This document shows positions 20,121-33,110 of a stretch of 64,000 nt of DNA, in pieces. The stretch's first letter is position 1; every line of letters starts with the position of its first letter. The notes beneath the pieces are model-generated. The model ran no database searches and was not told the origin of the DNA. It worked only from the letters and a program-made list of their open reading frames with translations. Source of the stretch: Podospora anserina (lineage: Eukaryota); the NCBI GenBank assembly GCA_017654855.1, contig CM030333.1:1860001-1924000 (forward strand). The letters are read 5' to 3'. A program made the translations under genes and the position numbers.

Positions 20121-23032
20121 GCGAAGATCCATGGCGAAAAGCGGAAGGCAAAAGGCGAAAGGCGAGTGTTGAATTCCTGTACCATGTGTTTATAAGAACA
20201 TGTATATTTGTACCATAGCAACTTGGGCTCCCAACGGGCCCAAGCACGGCGGTGTTTTTTAGAGCATTTTCATGGCACATAGCTAGGCATGGGAAACAGG
20301 ATAGGGACAGGAAGCAGAAAAAGATCAAGGGCTTACATGATGGAGCATGGAGTTTGGCGGTGACCTGCACAGAAACGAGGCGGGATTAGTGTGTTCGTTC
20401 TTGGCTTGCTGTTTTGGAGTTTTGAATTAATCGGGGGCCGGTTCCTTTGTGCGTTGGGGCGGCCGGCAAAGCCTGACGGAGGTCGAATCATCGATAAAAG
20501 GCTGAGGTGGAGATATAATGAACGAAGAGATGACTTGATTCTTGGTGACTCATGTGTTTGTTCCAATGGCTCGTGATTACTGTTGGTGACTCTGAAAACA
20601 GTTGGCTGGCTCATGCCAGTAAAAGATGGCCGGTCAGGTGTAGGTAAGATTTGAAGAAGGAGCGGTCTGCCATCTGTTGATATATGGGCAGGAGCGAGTG
20701 GTGGGTAATAAAAGACCGAGGGAAGGACCTCTGGAGGGTCTGGGTCCCGTCTGGATGAGCTTAGGTGGGCGGGCAGCTGAGAAGGCATTCCAAGATGGGT
20801 GGTATATAATGCGTACTATACAGCCGACGGTTTTCGGCATGTTGTGCTTCGTGTGCAACTGGAAATAGAACGGTGAACACCCACAATCTAGCTACCAAGA
20901 TCGAACCAACCCTGTCTCGGGTCAGGCATCCCTGCATGGGCATGGGGCGACTTGTGGCACATTGCTCTGAGGTTGTGAATCGACGTCGCCGAAGAGATCG
21001 GTGTTGAGTACCGTCATTTCACTGTGATGCCATGGGAAATAAGCCGACTTTATGGACGAGCTTGTGGCGGGTGTGGTTAACGACTGGCCACGGAAGGGTC
21101 TAGATTTGCTCGGCCAGCTGCATACCTACCTGAGCCAACCAGCTTTAACGGGATTGGGTCCGATGTTCATGATAGGGAATGAAGCTGTCTCAAAACATGG
21201 CGCCACCGACAACATCGTATGTCTACATTTTTGATCAGATCGCAACCTAGCAGTGATGAGAGCTGGGCATTCAGATCAGGACCGTCAGGTGCCCTAGGCA
21301 AGCTCACTTCGTTCCAAGACACCTACCTGCCCGTCACCTATCACATCTTGATCTGTACCTATCTGTACAACCGGAACCATTCCGTTACACCACATTGCCG
21401 TCGGTGATTGAAGAAGATTCTTTGCATTTGCTTTGTTCGACTGCGTCAGGTCCATGGAACCGATGTTGAGTATGGCTGGCGGAGGTGGTCATGTGACGAA
21501 CCATGTCCTTTCTGTATTGTCTGCATATATCTACTCCTTATAACACCAGTGTCGGGTGCCATAGTATAGCAGCCTAATGTCTCTCGTCAGTACCATCAGT
21601 CTCGATGTGGTGTGCTTGTCTTGGGACATGTGGAACAGGGTGACATGACAGACACCTAGTGACTGAGCTGCCTTGTCCTCCCTCTTGTGCCATGGAAAAG
21701 TGATGGCTAGTTTTGACCCCTGGTGAGCTATTTTGTGGTGTGAGGTTGCCGTCGGTCTCGGCGGAAGGTTGACTCTTTGTCTGTGTGACGGCGTACCAAC
21801 GGGTAGCACCCAATGCCACGTGCCAACCATCGGTTGATTGCAGCCGATGACGGCAAGGCAATCGGAGAGCCGTTATCTCTCTGCCCTTTGTTCGGACGCG
21901 GACGCATGCGATTCAAACTGTCAGATTGGCATCTGGTGCTTTGACCCGAGCCCAACGACGGTTGTGTAAACCATGGTGCCACGCGGCGAAAGCCGCCAGG
22001 TCCTTCGGAGCAACTTGTCTGATATTAAAACGTCCGGCACTGGCCCCGTGTGGAGTCTTGACCCTGAGCAATACCTACTTACTGTGTACCACCATAAGGT
22101 ATTGTGCAGTGCACTGTTGCGGCACAATTGCAGGCCTGTACAGATGATACGGAGTATTTAAATATCAGGTTTATATCGATACTGATATCTTGGACCTATT
22201 CGTACCATTGAGCAATTGTTTGGTCAAGCTGAGTACGGACTTGTGGGGACGGGCATTTGTGATTGGTGTCGCATGGGTGCCCCATCACCCAAAAGGCCTG
22301 GACCTCTGCTCTGAACAGAGGCGCTGATCATGCTTTGCACGTGTGGTGTCTTTGACGGCAGCCAGAACGGGCCACCTGGACCCGACAGGCAGGTTCCTTT
22401 GTCCGTTCTTCACCGTCTTGATCATCTCAAAGAGCTTCAGCACGTGGTTCTGAGGATGCCGTGGTTGAGATGATTCTTTCATGGCATGGGAAGAAGGAGT
22501 GGGTGGAAGTGAGGATCGGCCCCTGGCCCACAGCCCACCCCGACAAGGCAAGGGTGATGGTTGGAGGGCGCGGAGCGAAGCTGCAAGTGCGCGGGCCACC
22601 CACCTACGAGCCACATGGTTACCCGGCACTGTAGAAGTTCAGAGGTGCCTCCCGTTTCACCATTTCCTTCAAGTTCCCCTTTCCTGATTCTCTGCCCGGC
22701 CTGGCCCGTTTCTGCTTTTAGTGCCTCTCTGTCTCTGCCTCACTTAACCAAACCACTTTCCACCTCCATCATCCCAAGTGACAAAACCACCAACCAAACA
22801 CCAGACTTTGCACCATCGACTCCCTCCACGTCCTTAGTGCCCGCCTTGGTCACTGTTGCAACACGCCGCCACTGAAATACCGATCGGCATTTCCCACCAC
22901 CGCTCTTTGTCCTTTTTCGTCTTTGTCGGCGTTTCACCTTGCGACAAGGGCTCCAGCAAAAAAACAATTGCCCCGGGGTTCTATTTTCGCCTTATCGCCA
23001 GCATGTCCCTCGACTCGGCCAGTCGTCCCATC

Positions 23033-23449
23033 ATGGCTCCATCGGTACGTCTGTAAACCTGTTTATGCCCGTCGGTCCGTTGACGTTGCATCCTCATCGC
23101 CTTCTCTCCCAAACCTTCCCGCAATTCACTAACACTATTCTTTCCCCCCTTATTACAGGAGAAGCGCTACAGCACCTACAGCATGACACCCTCCGACGCC
23201 CCCACCACCCTCAGCACCGACAGCATGACTGCCGAGATCAGGCCCATCGTCGACGGCCTTGAGCGCCTCAAGAACCCTCGCCTCGCCGACCAGCGCGTGT
23301 ACCTCAATGAAGAAAAGACTACCAACCTCCAGAAGCTTGCCCTGAGCGCCAAGCTCGAGCGCGCGCTTGACCGGAGGATGAGCAGCCAAGATGCCGTCAT
23401 GCGGCCGCGGAAACCATCAGTTGTCGTCACCGAGAAGGAGAAGGCTTGA
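23033..23449 (+). CDS. Small hypothetical protein of about 100 aa (2 exons, intron 23045-23158; alternative start 23003)
   Basis: MAPS|EKRYSTYSMTPSDAP...LQKLALSAKLERALDRRMSSQDAVMR. GTACGT...ACTAAC...CAG intron in phase 0, and strong C-ending codon bias. Confidence 0.8.
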
Positions 23450-24280
23450 ATGAAGACATGCGCGACGACGACAGTCATTTGTTGAGATGGAGAATGGGAA
23501 GAAGGCCAAGACGATGGAGGCACGCATCAGCGGGTGCGATGTGGAGCAGCTATTGCAATGCCCGGTCCACGCCGTGTTTCCTCGCCAAATTCGATGCAGG
23601 AACCGCCTCGAAAACTACACCATCCTGGCAGTAGTCGAGCCATCAACTGGAGTCAACATCAGAAGAGAGGAGCAGTCATTTCATCATCAGCGCGCGTTCG
23701 GGGGCCAGCTTGGGAAACTTTTCATTGTTAATTTATTTTCGTTCGTGTTTTCAGTTTTGCGGCATTGGCATTGTCGATGTACTGTCAGGAAAGGGGTGCT
23801 GCTTCAGGATCGATGGGATGGTATGGGCAGCAATAGATATTGAGACGAGACGGGAGGTGATGTGGAATCTTGAAGGATTGTTGCAGGATTGTGGGCGTGG
23901 TATCATACTAGCCGTTCATCGGCTTTTGTCTGGGAAAGTGAGAGGTTATATCAGTGGGAAATGGACCAGGACTTATCGGCGGGCGTAATTGCAAATCCTC
24001 ACAATTATATATCTCTTGTCAAAAAAAAAGAAAAGAAAAGCGATGCCTGGTATTATGTCCGTCTCATTCACTGCGCTCTCTGCTTGCCCTGAGTTCTTGT
24101 CGCCTGAACGCCTTGGTGAACTCCCGTGAAACGATGTAACGACAGCCAAGAAAATAAAACAGACCGACAGCCAGCACCACTATGCTGCTGTCTCTATCGC
24201 ATCCCAGATAAGCTTCCAATGCCCTATCCTCTTGCCATGGCATCACCAATTCCCTCATACCACTTCTCCCGTCAAACCCT

Positions 24281-24895
24281 CTAGTTCCCCTCCTTCGCAA
24301 TCCTCCCCTCAATCTCCTTCAACAACTCAGCCAACTCCTTCTCCTCCCCCTCAAACTCCAACGCCTTGGCTACCGCCCCCCTGGCCTCTTGCAACCTCCC
24401 CATTTCAAGCAGGCACTTCCCCCTCCTAAACCAAGCCTTCGCATTACCCTGGCTCTTGGCAGCCACGCTCGCCTCTGCATCCACCGCCGCCTCTGGCCAG
24501 TTCCCCAGTTGCATATGCGCCTGCGCCCTGTTGCTATACAGCGCGTGGACCTCCTCCCGCACCAGCTGCGACGGCTCCCACGGGGCCCGTGTAAGCGCCA
24601 TTTGGAGACCGAGGGTGTAGAACTTGATTGCTTCGGCGTGGCGCCCCTTGCGGTATTCGTTGTTGCCCGACTCGCGAAGCTTGGAGACGTTGGCTGAGCG
24701 CTTTGGGTTGACGGGCATGGGGGGAGGGGGGACGATGTGGGGGGGCTCGATTTGGGTGAGGATGGTTCTGTGGAGATTGTTGAGGGCGGCGAGCTCGGCC
24801 TCAAGGGCTCGCGAGGAGGGGCCGAGGGAGGAGATGGATTTGGATTTGGGGTCGATGGTTAGGGGGAGGAGGTGGAAATGGTCTTGGTCAGACAT
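24281..24895 (-). CDS. SEC72: Translocation protein Sec72 (TPR subunit of the Sec63 complex)
   Basis: ELAALNNLHRTIL, VPPPPMPVNPKRSANVSKLRESGN, RAPWEPSQLVREE and TPR motifs LYSNRAQAHM and KAWFRRGKCLLEMGR. Confidence 0.93.
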   Translation of the reverse strand: MSDQDHFHLLPLTIDPKSKSISSLGPSSRALEAELAALNNLHRTILTQIEPPHIVPPPPMPVNPKRSANVSKLRESGNNEYRKGRHAEAIKFYTLGLQMALTRAPWEPSQLVREEVHALYSNRAQAHMQLGNWPEAAVDAEASVAAKSQGNAKAWFRRGKCLLEMGRLQEARGAVAKALEFEGEEKELAELLKEIEGRIAKEGN

Positions 24896-25207
24896 TTTGG
24901 CTGCTTTGGTGGGGTTTTTTTCGAGGTTTAGGAGAGTTATTAGCGGCAGTTTGTTTAACGATGACGAGGATGGAGGTTTGGTGGGCAAGCAGAAGAGGAA
25001 AAAATAAGCTGCGAAAGTTGAGGTCGTGGTTCTAGTTGTGGGTTGAGGTGGTGGATTGGCTTGGACTGGTGAGAGCTGTCGAGAGGACACTTGTGCCAGT
25101 TGGGGTGACTTGGCCTTCAAAGTGAACCGTGGCGTTGGCAGGCGGCGCGTGGACGGACAGCTTTCCCCAGAAATTCCTTATCTCTTATCGGGGAGCCAAC
25201 GTCGAAT

Positions 25208-25396
25208 CCTGATTTACCTAGGGTAGTTGATAAGCCAAGTTAAGTTAAGCTGGCCCTCAGCTTGATTTGACTTGCCGCCTAGAGCTTAAATTTAATTTGA
25301 GATTATTACTAGCTTAATTTAGCTTATGAATATAAGCTTTCAGTTATATTATTAAATATTCAAGGATTATTAATGGATTTTGTTAGAATAGGTGCT
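25208..25396. repeat. AT/TpA-rich, RIP-like degenerate repeat relic with a 17-bp inverted repeat
   Basis: Abrupt AT and TpA enrichment. Arms 25236-25252 and 25258-25274 differ only by transitions. Degenerate GCTTRATTTRRYTT copies occur at about 25260, 25284 and 25312. Confidence 0.6.
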
Positions 25397-25890
25397 TGTG
25401 ACGAACCCCTGTACAGAACCTCTGAAAGGGATACTAGTTGAAGGTAACTTCTGACAATTGGTTCGGTGCAGCTAAACAGTGCACAACAAGATGTCTCGAT
25501 GTAAACACAAGATGCCGTGAATACAACTGTGAATTGCATACTGCGGAACTGTCTATCTACACCAGCCAGTTCCTCCGTATATATAGACCTTGGGGCCGTG
25601 AGGTGCTCGCCCTGCTATGGGCCCGATCACTCCTAGCACATTGCATCCTGCATTGTGCTCGTCGTGCTATACCTCTGATCACTCCTAGCACATTGCATCT
25701 GCATTGTGCTCGTCGTGCTATGCCTCTGATCATCCCTAGCATCTTGCATCCTGCAGACTGCTCGTGAGCCTTGGCGCCATAGCACTTTTGCCTAGCCCTG
25801 ATCGGCTTGTTCCCTGACTTCCTGAATGATTGGCTAGGGGCGACCTGCGCCCCACATGTGGCGCGACGTGCCGTTGGGTTAACTGTGACA
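25397..25890 (-). mobile_element. Probable solo LTR of a retrotransposon (about 494 bp)
   Basis: Ends are TGTGAC...GTGACA (TG...CA, near-inverted). Internal 51-52 bp tandem repeats and a TATATATA box are in U3-like order on the minus strand. No coding capacity. No matching target-site duplication seen. Confidence 0.65.
25625..25755. repeat. Tandem repeat, about 51-52 bp x 2.5, inside the LTR-like element
   Basis: GATCACTCCTAGCACATTGCATC(C)TGCATTGTGCTCGTCGTGCTATRCCTCT occurs twice, plus a partial diverged third copy. Confidence 0.92.
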
Positions 25891-26113
25891 GAACGCCAAA
25901 ACCCAAACATCATTTTGACCCTTTTGTTCTCCCCGCCCATGCCGTTGCATGGTTTTTGTCTCGCACGCAGATTCTCATCATGTCATGCCAACAATCAAAA
26001 ACACAAATGTTACTCACTCCAAAGTCCTCCCAGATATTTCCCTCGGCCAGGCATAGCCAAATCAAATCACTCGTAAATCAGTAGTCATCCCTCTGTAAGA
26101 AACCCATTCGATA

Positions 26114-29100
26114 TCATTGCTCGTTGCCCACACTCGGATTCACAGTCGAAAAGACAACGGGGGGCTTCCATGAGTTCGTCATGGACGGCTCTGAGACAAA
26201 CATCAGAGATATCCAGTACAGTTCATGTTCCCAGCAGCCCTCTTGTGGCGTGCTCGGGATTGAAGTCGCTGGCAACTGTCAGTTGGCTGGCGTTGGTGTG
26301 TTTACCGGGCAAATGGGCTGACTTACTTTTGTCTTTGAGACAGTCGATCGTCCCCTTCAAAAATGCAAGCTGGCGAGTATCGAGATATTTGATGGCCGAT
26401 TTTGAGACGCTCTCGGCATCCCACTCGAAATTCATCAGATCACAACGCTTGAAGTAGGTCCAGTACGCCAACATCACACCGGCACCATGCTGGACGTCTT
26501 CGACGAACGTTGTAAGCGGGTGGTCTCTTGGGCCGTAACGTGTCTCCTAGAGAAAAAGTCAGCAAGAAATGCGCGTTGAAGCAGAATAGCAAAGGTTAGG
26601 CTGTACCAGAGGCCGCCCTTTCGAGTTTTCCTTTGCATGACGGTACCGATCTTTGCAAATGCAGGCCACATTGTGGAGAAACAAGAACACAACCAGAAAG
26701 GCCGTAAACCATGCATCCTTCGAATCCTTCCAGAGTTCGGGACCCGAGCTGAGAATCTTTTCGAACATACTCAGAAATTGTGGCACCTGGCTCTTGAATA
26801 CCGTGTGATACCGAATGCTGTCAAACTGTGCCACGATCATTCGGGGAATGTACCTCGTCTTCAGCTCCCTCGATTCCATCCCCAGTGACTCTTGACCGCA
26901 AATCCATGCCGAGCCGGTTTGGTGTCCTGGCCAACAGTCTGTTAGTGGTATTCATCAAATTGGCGCTGGAACATCATCAGGAATTACATACGAATCGCAA
27001 ACCAAAGGCGAACAGCTTTTAGTAGAAACTCAGCCAGATCTACGCTTTTCTTGTCCCGATTTTCTTCTCGGTTTTGTTTGTGCCGCTGCAAGACAAGAGG
27101 TGGGTAATCAGCTTTCAGTCCAAATTCAAGTCAACTGAAACGTGGGGGTTCTCGTACCGATGACTGCCGAAGATGCTCCGCGATCATGGAATACATATCT
27201 TTGACGAGATCATCAGAGTCCTTGGCCGAATCTTCCAGTCCCTTGATAGCATTGGCCGCGATGTAGTGTTGAAAGGCTCGCCCGTGTTCCTTCACATTCA
27301 CGAGACCGTACGCCGGAATTCTGATGCCATCCCTGCCAACAAAATTCCGGACGAGCTGATCACCCTCGACTGCCCTGAACGCCCGCACTTTAAGTGTCAT
27401 TGGCGTTTCGCAGAGCCCTTGAGCCATTTCAATGACCTTGATGTGATTGTCTGCCCAATCGTTCGCCCTGATGTTGATCAACTGGGTATGATCAAATCGC
27501 TTCGTGTAGCCCAGCCCCCCATCTCGCTGCAACACCACCGAAGCCAGCTTGTAACGAAGACACGGGAGGTTATGGATAGTCTTTTTGGATTCCCTGCGCA
27601 CCTTGAGACAGGTGACGCAAGGTGCCAAAGGGTCATTCGGGTTATCCACATTGGGAAGACACTAAACACACCAGAGATTAGATTGTCATGCTGTTGTTCG
27701 TCATTGCATTTTGTTTACTTACCCTCACTCTCTGGTTATGACATCGTATGCAGGCCCGCATGGTCCTGGTATCGGAGGTCTGTTTCCTCAAATTCTCTCT
27801 CTGCCGTTTCCGTCGCTGTTCTTCCGGTTCTTCCAGTTCGGGTTCTTCTTTGATCGCCAGCCCTTGATTGACAGCGGCCGCTGCGCCTTGCTGAGTGACG
27901 TCCAACATCAGTGCTTGCTCCACGGCGACCCAGCCGCCAACAAGAGCCGTTTCCATAGGTACAATGATCTGTTCATCAACATCCTGCACCTCTGATTTCT
28001 GAAGCTCATCCCAGGTGTGGCCATTTCCCTCTTTTGTGACATGCACATATGCACTGCAAATCGATGAGGCTTCGGTGTCTAGCAAGTTGCCAGGGCTAGC
28101 TCTCAAGGAACCACTGTCGACCCTCGGAAGACAATATGGAAAACGATGCTCTTGGGTGATATCGACACTGCTACCAAATACCCCATCAGGATATGCTGCC
28201 TGGGCGTGAAATTGCGATAAGTACGCATGTTGCCCCTGGGCATTTGTTGGGTCCCTCGAGGTCGAATGGGCCCCATTTAGGGAAGGCGGCGGCAGGCTAT
28301 GCGTGGGTGTAGAGCCGGACTGAAAGGTGCGATGGAAGGCCTCCGGGAAACAATCTTCCTTCTGCGGTAGTGGCAATGCGACACTTTCCCAGCAATAGCG
28401 AGACTGACCAAGCCCGCCATTACCGGTATCGACTGGCGGCTGATGTAGCGGCTGAGGTGCTGGGCGGCCAGGCCGCGATTCCCAATCTTCGGTTGGATTC
28501 ACGTATTGCGTAGAAGAAACAGGCTGGGTGGTGGCAAGTCCCATGGGCAGCTCTAAAGGAACCTCACCGACGTATGGGGGGACATCTCCGTCACCCATTG
28601 TGGAATTGTCCACTATCAGACTAAAGAAGGCTCCGTGTTGGTCTATGGAACACGTCAATCATCACTGTCCAACCGGACCTTGGATTGCAACGCCATCTCG
28701 TTCGTACCTTGCTTGTAGTCGTACGGAGACCATGTAGGAACTGCTGCGCCGTCCAACCAGTTCCCATACCCATGCAGGTTTGGGGCAAACGTGGGGTGGT
28801 GGTACAGGGAGCCACCATAGAGATCACTATCTTGTGACGGGATCAGGCTGAATGGATTGACCGGTAAAGTCGGTGTGATCTCGTCAAGTATGGCACCTAG
28901 CTGACGGCGTTTCTTTGGCTGGCGGGTATCTGCATCTATCGGACTGCGGCAGCGCGGCGGCTTCGACAACCCACCCTAAGGTTCAGTAAGCATCCAGAAC
29001 TATTCTCGACAAGTTGCAAGTAGGACGGCACAGAAAGATCAAGAATAAAGTGAAAGGAAAAGGGAGTATTTACGGTCGGACGCAAAAGTGGACTCTCCAT
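26114..29100 (-). CDS. Zn(II)2Cys6-like transcription factor with an internal, wide-spaced zinc cluster (about 8 exons)
   Basis: Spliced motif CIRCHNQRVR|CLPNVDNPNDPLAPCVTCLKVRRESKKTIHNLPC. The exons join in frame via canonical introns from MESPLLRPT (29100) to ...ELYWISLMF...GNEQ*. Confidence 0.8.
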
Positions 29101-31751
29101 CCTGCTCCCCTCACCTACGTGCCCTCGCTCGCTGTTTTTTGCTTCCCCAGTTTGATTCGGGATACAAAGAACGGTTCTATCAGAATATTGGTTCGCCAAG
29201 TCAACCTGATCTCACACAATGGCCCAGGAAAGATCAGGAGCAAGATCTTGCCAAGGCTATGGGTGCCGTGGTCCGGAGCCTTTGATCCCAGAATTTGCTG
29301 CCACCACGAGAAGCCGGTTGCAAATGTGGTGTCAGACAGATCGGGCAACACGGGCAACAGTCTAGTAGACGCAAGAACAACCAACTGAGACCGGGCCGGA
29401 TGGTGGAGGGACTGCGCTCGGAAAGGATTGGTCGGCACGAGAAATGCCACTGCAAGCGAGACCGGCGAGATGTCAAGAGGGCGAGACTTGGCCGGATTCA
29501 ATTCGAACGCTGTGCAACACCGGCCCGCTTTCACAACCTGTTAAGCAAGACAGCAGCACAAGCCTGGCTTCTCGTCGAGTGCAACAAAACCCCTGGATGG
29601 GTTGCAGATGCGCCGTCAGCATGCATCCACACCCGTGGGAACTTTGAACTCGAAGACTGCGGCTGGTGGGTTGGCGGACTGCCTGGTGAGGGGGTGCCCA
29701 AAGGGTCGTGTCGTGAGACGCAAAATCGCACCAAGGAAATACCGACTTTCACCAGAATTCTGGTGTGACCTGCCCCGTGTCTAACCCAGTTGGTCAAACA
29801 GGACTGGGTTACGTGCTGTCCGCGGGGAGGGGAGGGGGGGCGAGACAGGGTACGACGATGTCGAGAGGTGGGATATCCTTGTGTTTCGAAACACCAAGTG
29901 GAGGCCGGGGAGAAAAGACCCTGGGGTGACAGTCCCCTGCGAGGCAGGTGCTGTGCTCCAGACCACAAAAGTGTGATGATACCTTAGACCGTCCTGCGAA
30001 CAGGAAAGGCTCAGAGATGGAGATGAAGGCTTTGGGGCAATCTTGGATGAAACGGGGGAAAATGGCGAACAGGTGATAGTGATGAGGGCAGAGGGAAGAG
30101 GTGTTGCGGTCACGATCCACGGCCCAAAATCGATGTCGTCTCCCACCTCTGTCCAATCATCGGCAGTGAGATGTCTTGCAGCAGCCAACAGCTCGCCTAC
30201 TGTGGAAAAGAGGGGTTAGCAAGTCTTGAGACAGAGAATTCCAGGCCTGGGCTCCCACGGCTCCTCCTCTTGTTGAGAGAGGCCACAGCAGCAACGACAG
30301 GGGGGTCTCCATTGGGAACACAGTGCATGTATCATGCAGGCAGCCATTGACAGGCCAGCCACATCTTGGTTTTGTTGCACTGGACTGGATGCAGTTGGAG
30401 ATTTTCTCCCATCATCATCACCCATCACTCCTTGGCTCCTCCCTTTTCTCCCCACAATCTACGCCTTTGTTCGAATCGAGTCGCTCGTCCCGTCCCAGCG
30501 ATACGGAAAATGGGATGTATCTCGCAGCAGCATCTGCGATCCCGCTCATTCTCCCAGAAACCCAGTACCGACCTCCGCTTCGTGTGACGTGAACTCTGCC
30601 GATGAAGCAAGGGAGAAACAGTCGCGTTCTCATTGGTGCGTCATAAATCACATTTCTGGCCACAGTGGTCAGCCAATCAACTTTTCTCGATCATTTCACA
30701 CTCAGACCTGATCATCGTCACTTGCTCATCAAGAGCCTCATATTGACGGGTGCTACAGAAAACCCTTTCTATGAATCCCTGAGTCCCGTTTCCGGAATAC
30801 TACCAAACGCTCGGACACGACTATGACAGCGGAACCATCCCGGGGCCCGGACGGTCCGTTCCTAGCCTGTTGTACTTTAGTCGAGAAATGTTTCCATCTA
30901 TCACTAGTGAACTTGGTTTAGTCTGCTCTATCCGCCCGGAAATTGGAGGGGACCCCCCAATCTCGTCTAATTGGGCCGCCAGGTTCTTCTCTCCCGTGAG
31001 CGGGCCTAAGCTCCCCTGCGTACGCCCTATGAGACTCCAAACAGAATTTGTCGACAGATGTATGTGTCCCCAGGCCTTCGATGCCTTTTCCTTGAGGATG
31101 GGAGGTTAACGCCCGATGAGCGATATAATGCTAATGCTGCTAACATAATGACTTGATCCGAGGACAGCACGGCCTTGATGAGTATCATACAACATGGACA
31201 ATTCCGGGTAGGCGGCTCTTTACCGTACGACCAACCTCACCAGGACCCCTTTTGCTTTCGTTCTATATCTCCGAACCGGTTTGCAGTTTTGTCCTTGGCG
31301 GAGCCCAAGTACATGCCACCTTTTAGGAAAATACCGCGCTTCTGGCGGGCCTATGTCTTCCCTTGAACGCCCTCCATGGTTGGCCATGATAGGCATTGGA
31401 CATGACGAGCTGATCATGCTGATGCAAGGTCCGACAGCTCAACAGCACACACAACTTCGGCACACCACTCAACATCGCTGCCGCCAACCTGCCTGAGCGA
31501 AACACCTGTCCAATCGTCCCCCACTACCGACCCCATGAGCCGTTGTCCGAATATGGGCTGGATGTGGGTGACCAGCCCATGTCGTGGAAGAGCGATCGTC
31601 CACCCGGCGAGGTTGGGCTCGACTAGGTATAATAATGGCTCCTCTCCGTCCTCGGTGGAACCCAATGTCAGCCCTGGGCTTAGAACAGATTTATTCTCTC
31701 TCACTCTACTGGAAAAGCCAGGAATACAGCACATATTCTCTCAAACTACCA

Positions 31752-33110
31752 ATGGATCAAGTTAGCAGCTTGTTTGGGCAATCTCGTGCAGGCCTGGGAT
31801 GGTTGGAGCACCACGCCATGGCTTGGGTGCCTGAAGCCATTTCCTCGGACAGTTATGTTGTTGACCTTGGTCCTCGGGGTGTTCAAGAGGTGCAAGAGGG
31901 ACTGCAAAGGTTCAAAGGTCAGTGATGTGCCCCCGTTCTGTGTTGGGTGATGCTTTCATTTGCTGACGAATAAGCAGAGCTTGAGCTTGATGGTCACGAA
32001 GTCAGTCGTCATAATTTCCACCTTCCAACCCTCGAGGCGCAACTGGAGCAAGCCTGCCACGAGGTTCATCGAGGCCGCGGATTTGTCATCCTCAGGGGCC
32101 TCGATCCCCAACAGTATTCAGTCGAGGACAACCTGATGATCTACCTCGGGATTGCTGCGTATATTGGGGATCAGAGAGGGTTTCAGGACAAGAAGGGGAA
32201 CATGTTGAGTATGTTTTGGAATCAAAACAATGTGATGAACTGAACTGATACCTGCCTCGCCCACATAGCCCACATCACAGCCTCCAAAGACTGGAAGACA
32301 CCCCCTGAGCTCCGTCATGGTATTCATACCACCAAAGGCCTAAGTTGGCACTGTGATATCGGAGTCGACATCCTCGCGCTTCACGTCCGCTCCCTCGCCG
32401 AGCATGGTGGGGACACATTTATAGCTTCATCGCTCACAATTGTAAAGGAGCTTGAGGCGCTATACCCACACGTCATCCAAGCCCTTCAAGAAGCTGCGTG
32501 GCCAATCCAAATGTCGGTTGGCACAATTTTGTCACATTTCACATGCGCACTGAGCCATCGCTAATTATATTTCCCGCTTATTAGCTCAGGCAATCCGATC
32601 CCCCGCTACATTCTGGCGCCACTCCTGCACATGGACCCTGAGAACAACCACATCATTCTGAGCGTTGACCCTGGGAGACTTGGTGTGCACCCATCTACGA
32701 CAAGAACCGATGGCACTTCGCCAATTCCGCCCCTCACACCAACTCAGCTCGAGACCCTCCGCATCCTCAACCAAGTCGCCTCAAAGTATCGTCTTCGCCT
32801 AGACACAAAGGCTGGCGACATCGTCTTGCTCAACAACTTTGCCCATTTGCATGCTCGCGATGCCTACAGCGATCCCGGACAAGGCCAAGGACGACATCTG
32901 GTCAGATTGTACCTGCGTAATACAGCACTGGCGCACCCCGTTCCAGAGTCTATGCGTGTCCCCTGGGAGGCAGCATTTGGGCCCAGGAATGGGGAGGGCC
33001 GATATCCTGTTGCTCCAGCTTTAGAATACAAAGCACCTCGATACACGGCTGGTTCTGCTGCTTTTCCCCTGGACGACAACGATGATGTCAACGGAGACGG
33101 CACCGCATGA
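31752..33110 (+). CDS. TauD/TfdA-like (clavaminate synthase-like) Fe(II)/2-oxoglutarate dioxygenase (4 exons)
   Basis: GRGFVILRGLDP, HxD motif (WHCD), GDIVLLNNFAHLHARD and RHLVRLYLR. Three GT-AG introns keep the frame. Confidence 0.9.

Noticed and set aside
25625-25755. Possible CRISPR-like array
   Set aside because: The repeats are contiguous with no unique spacers, in a eukaryotic LTR-like context.
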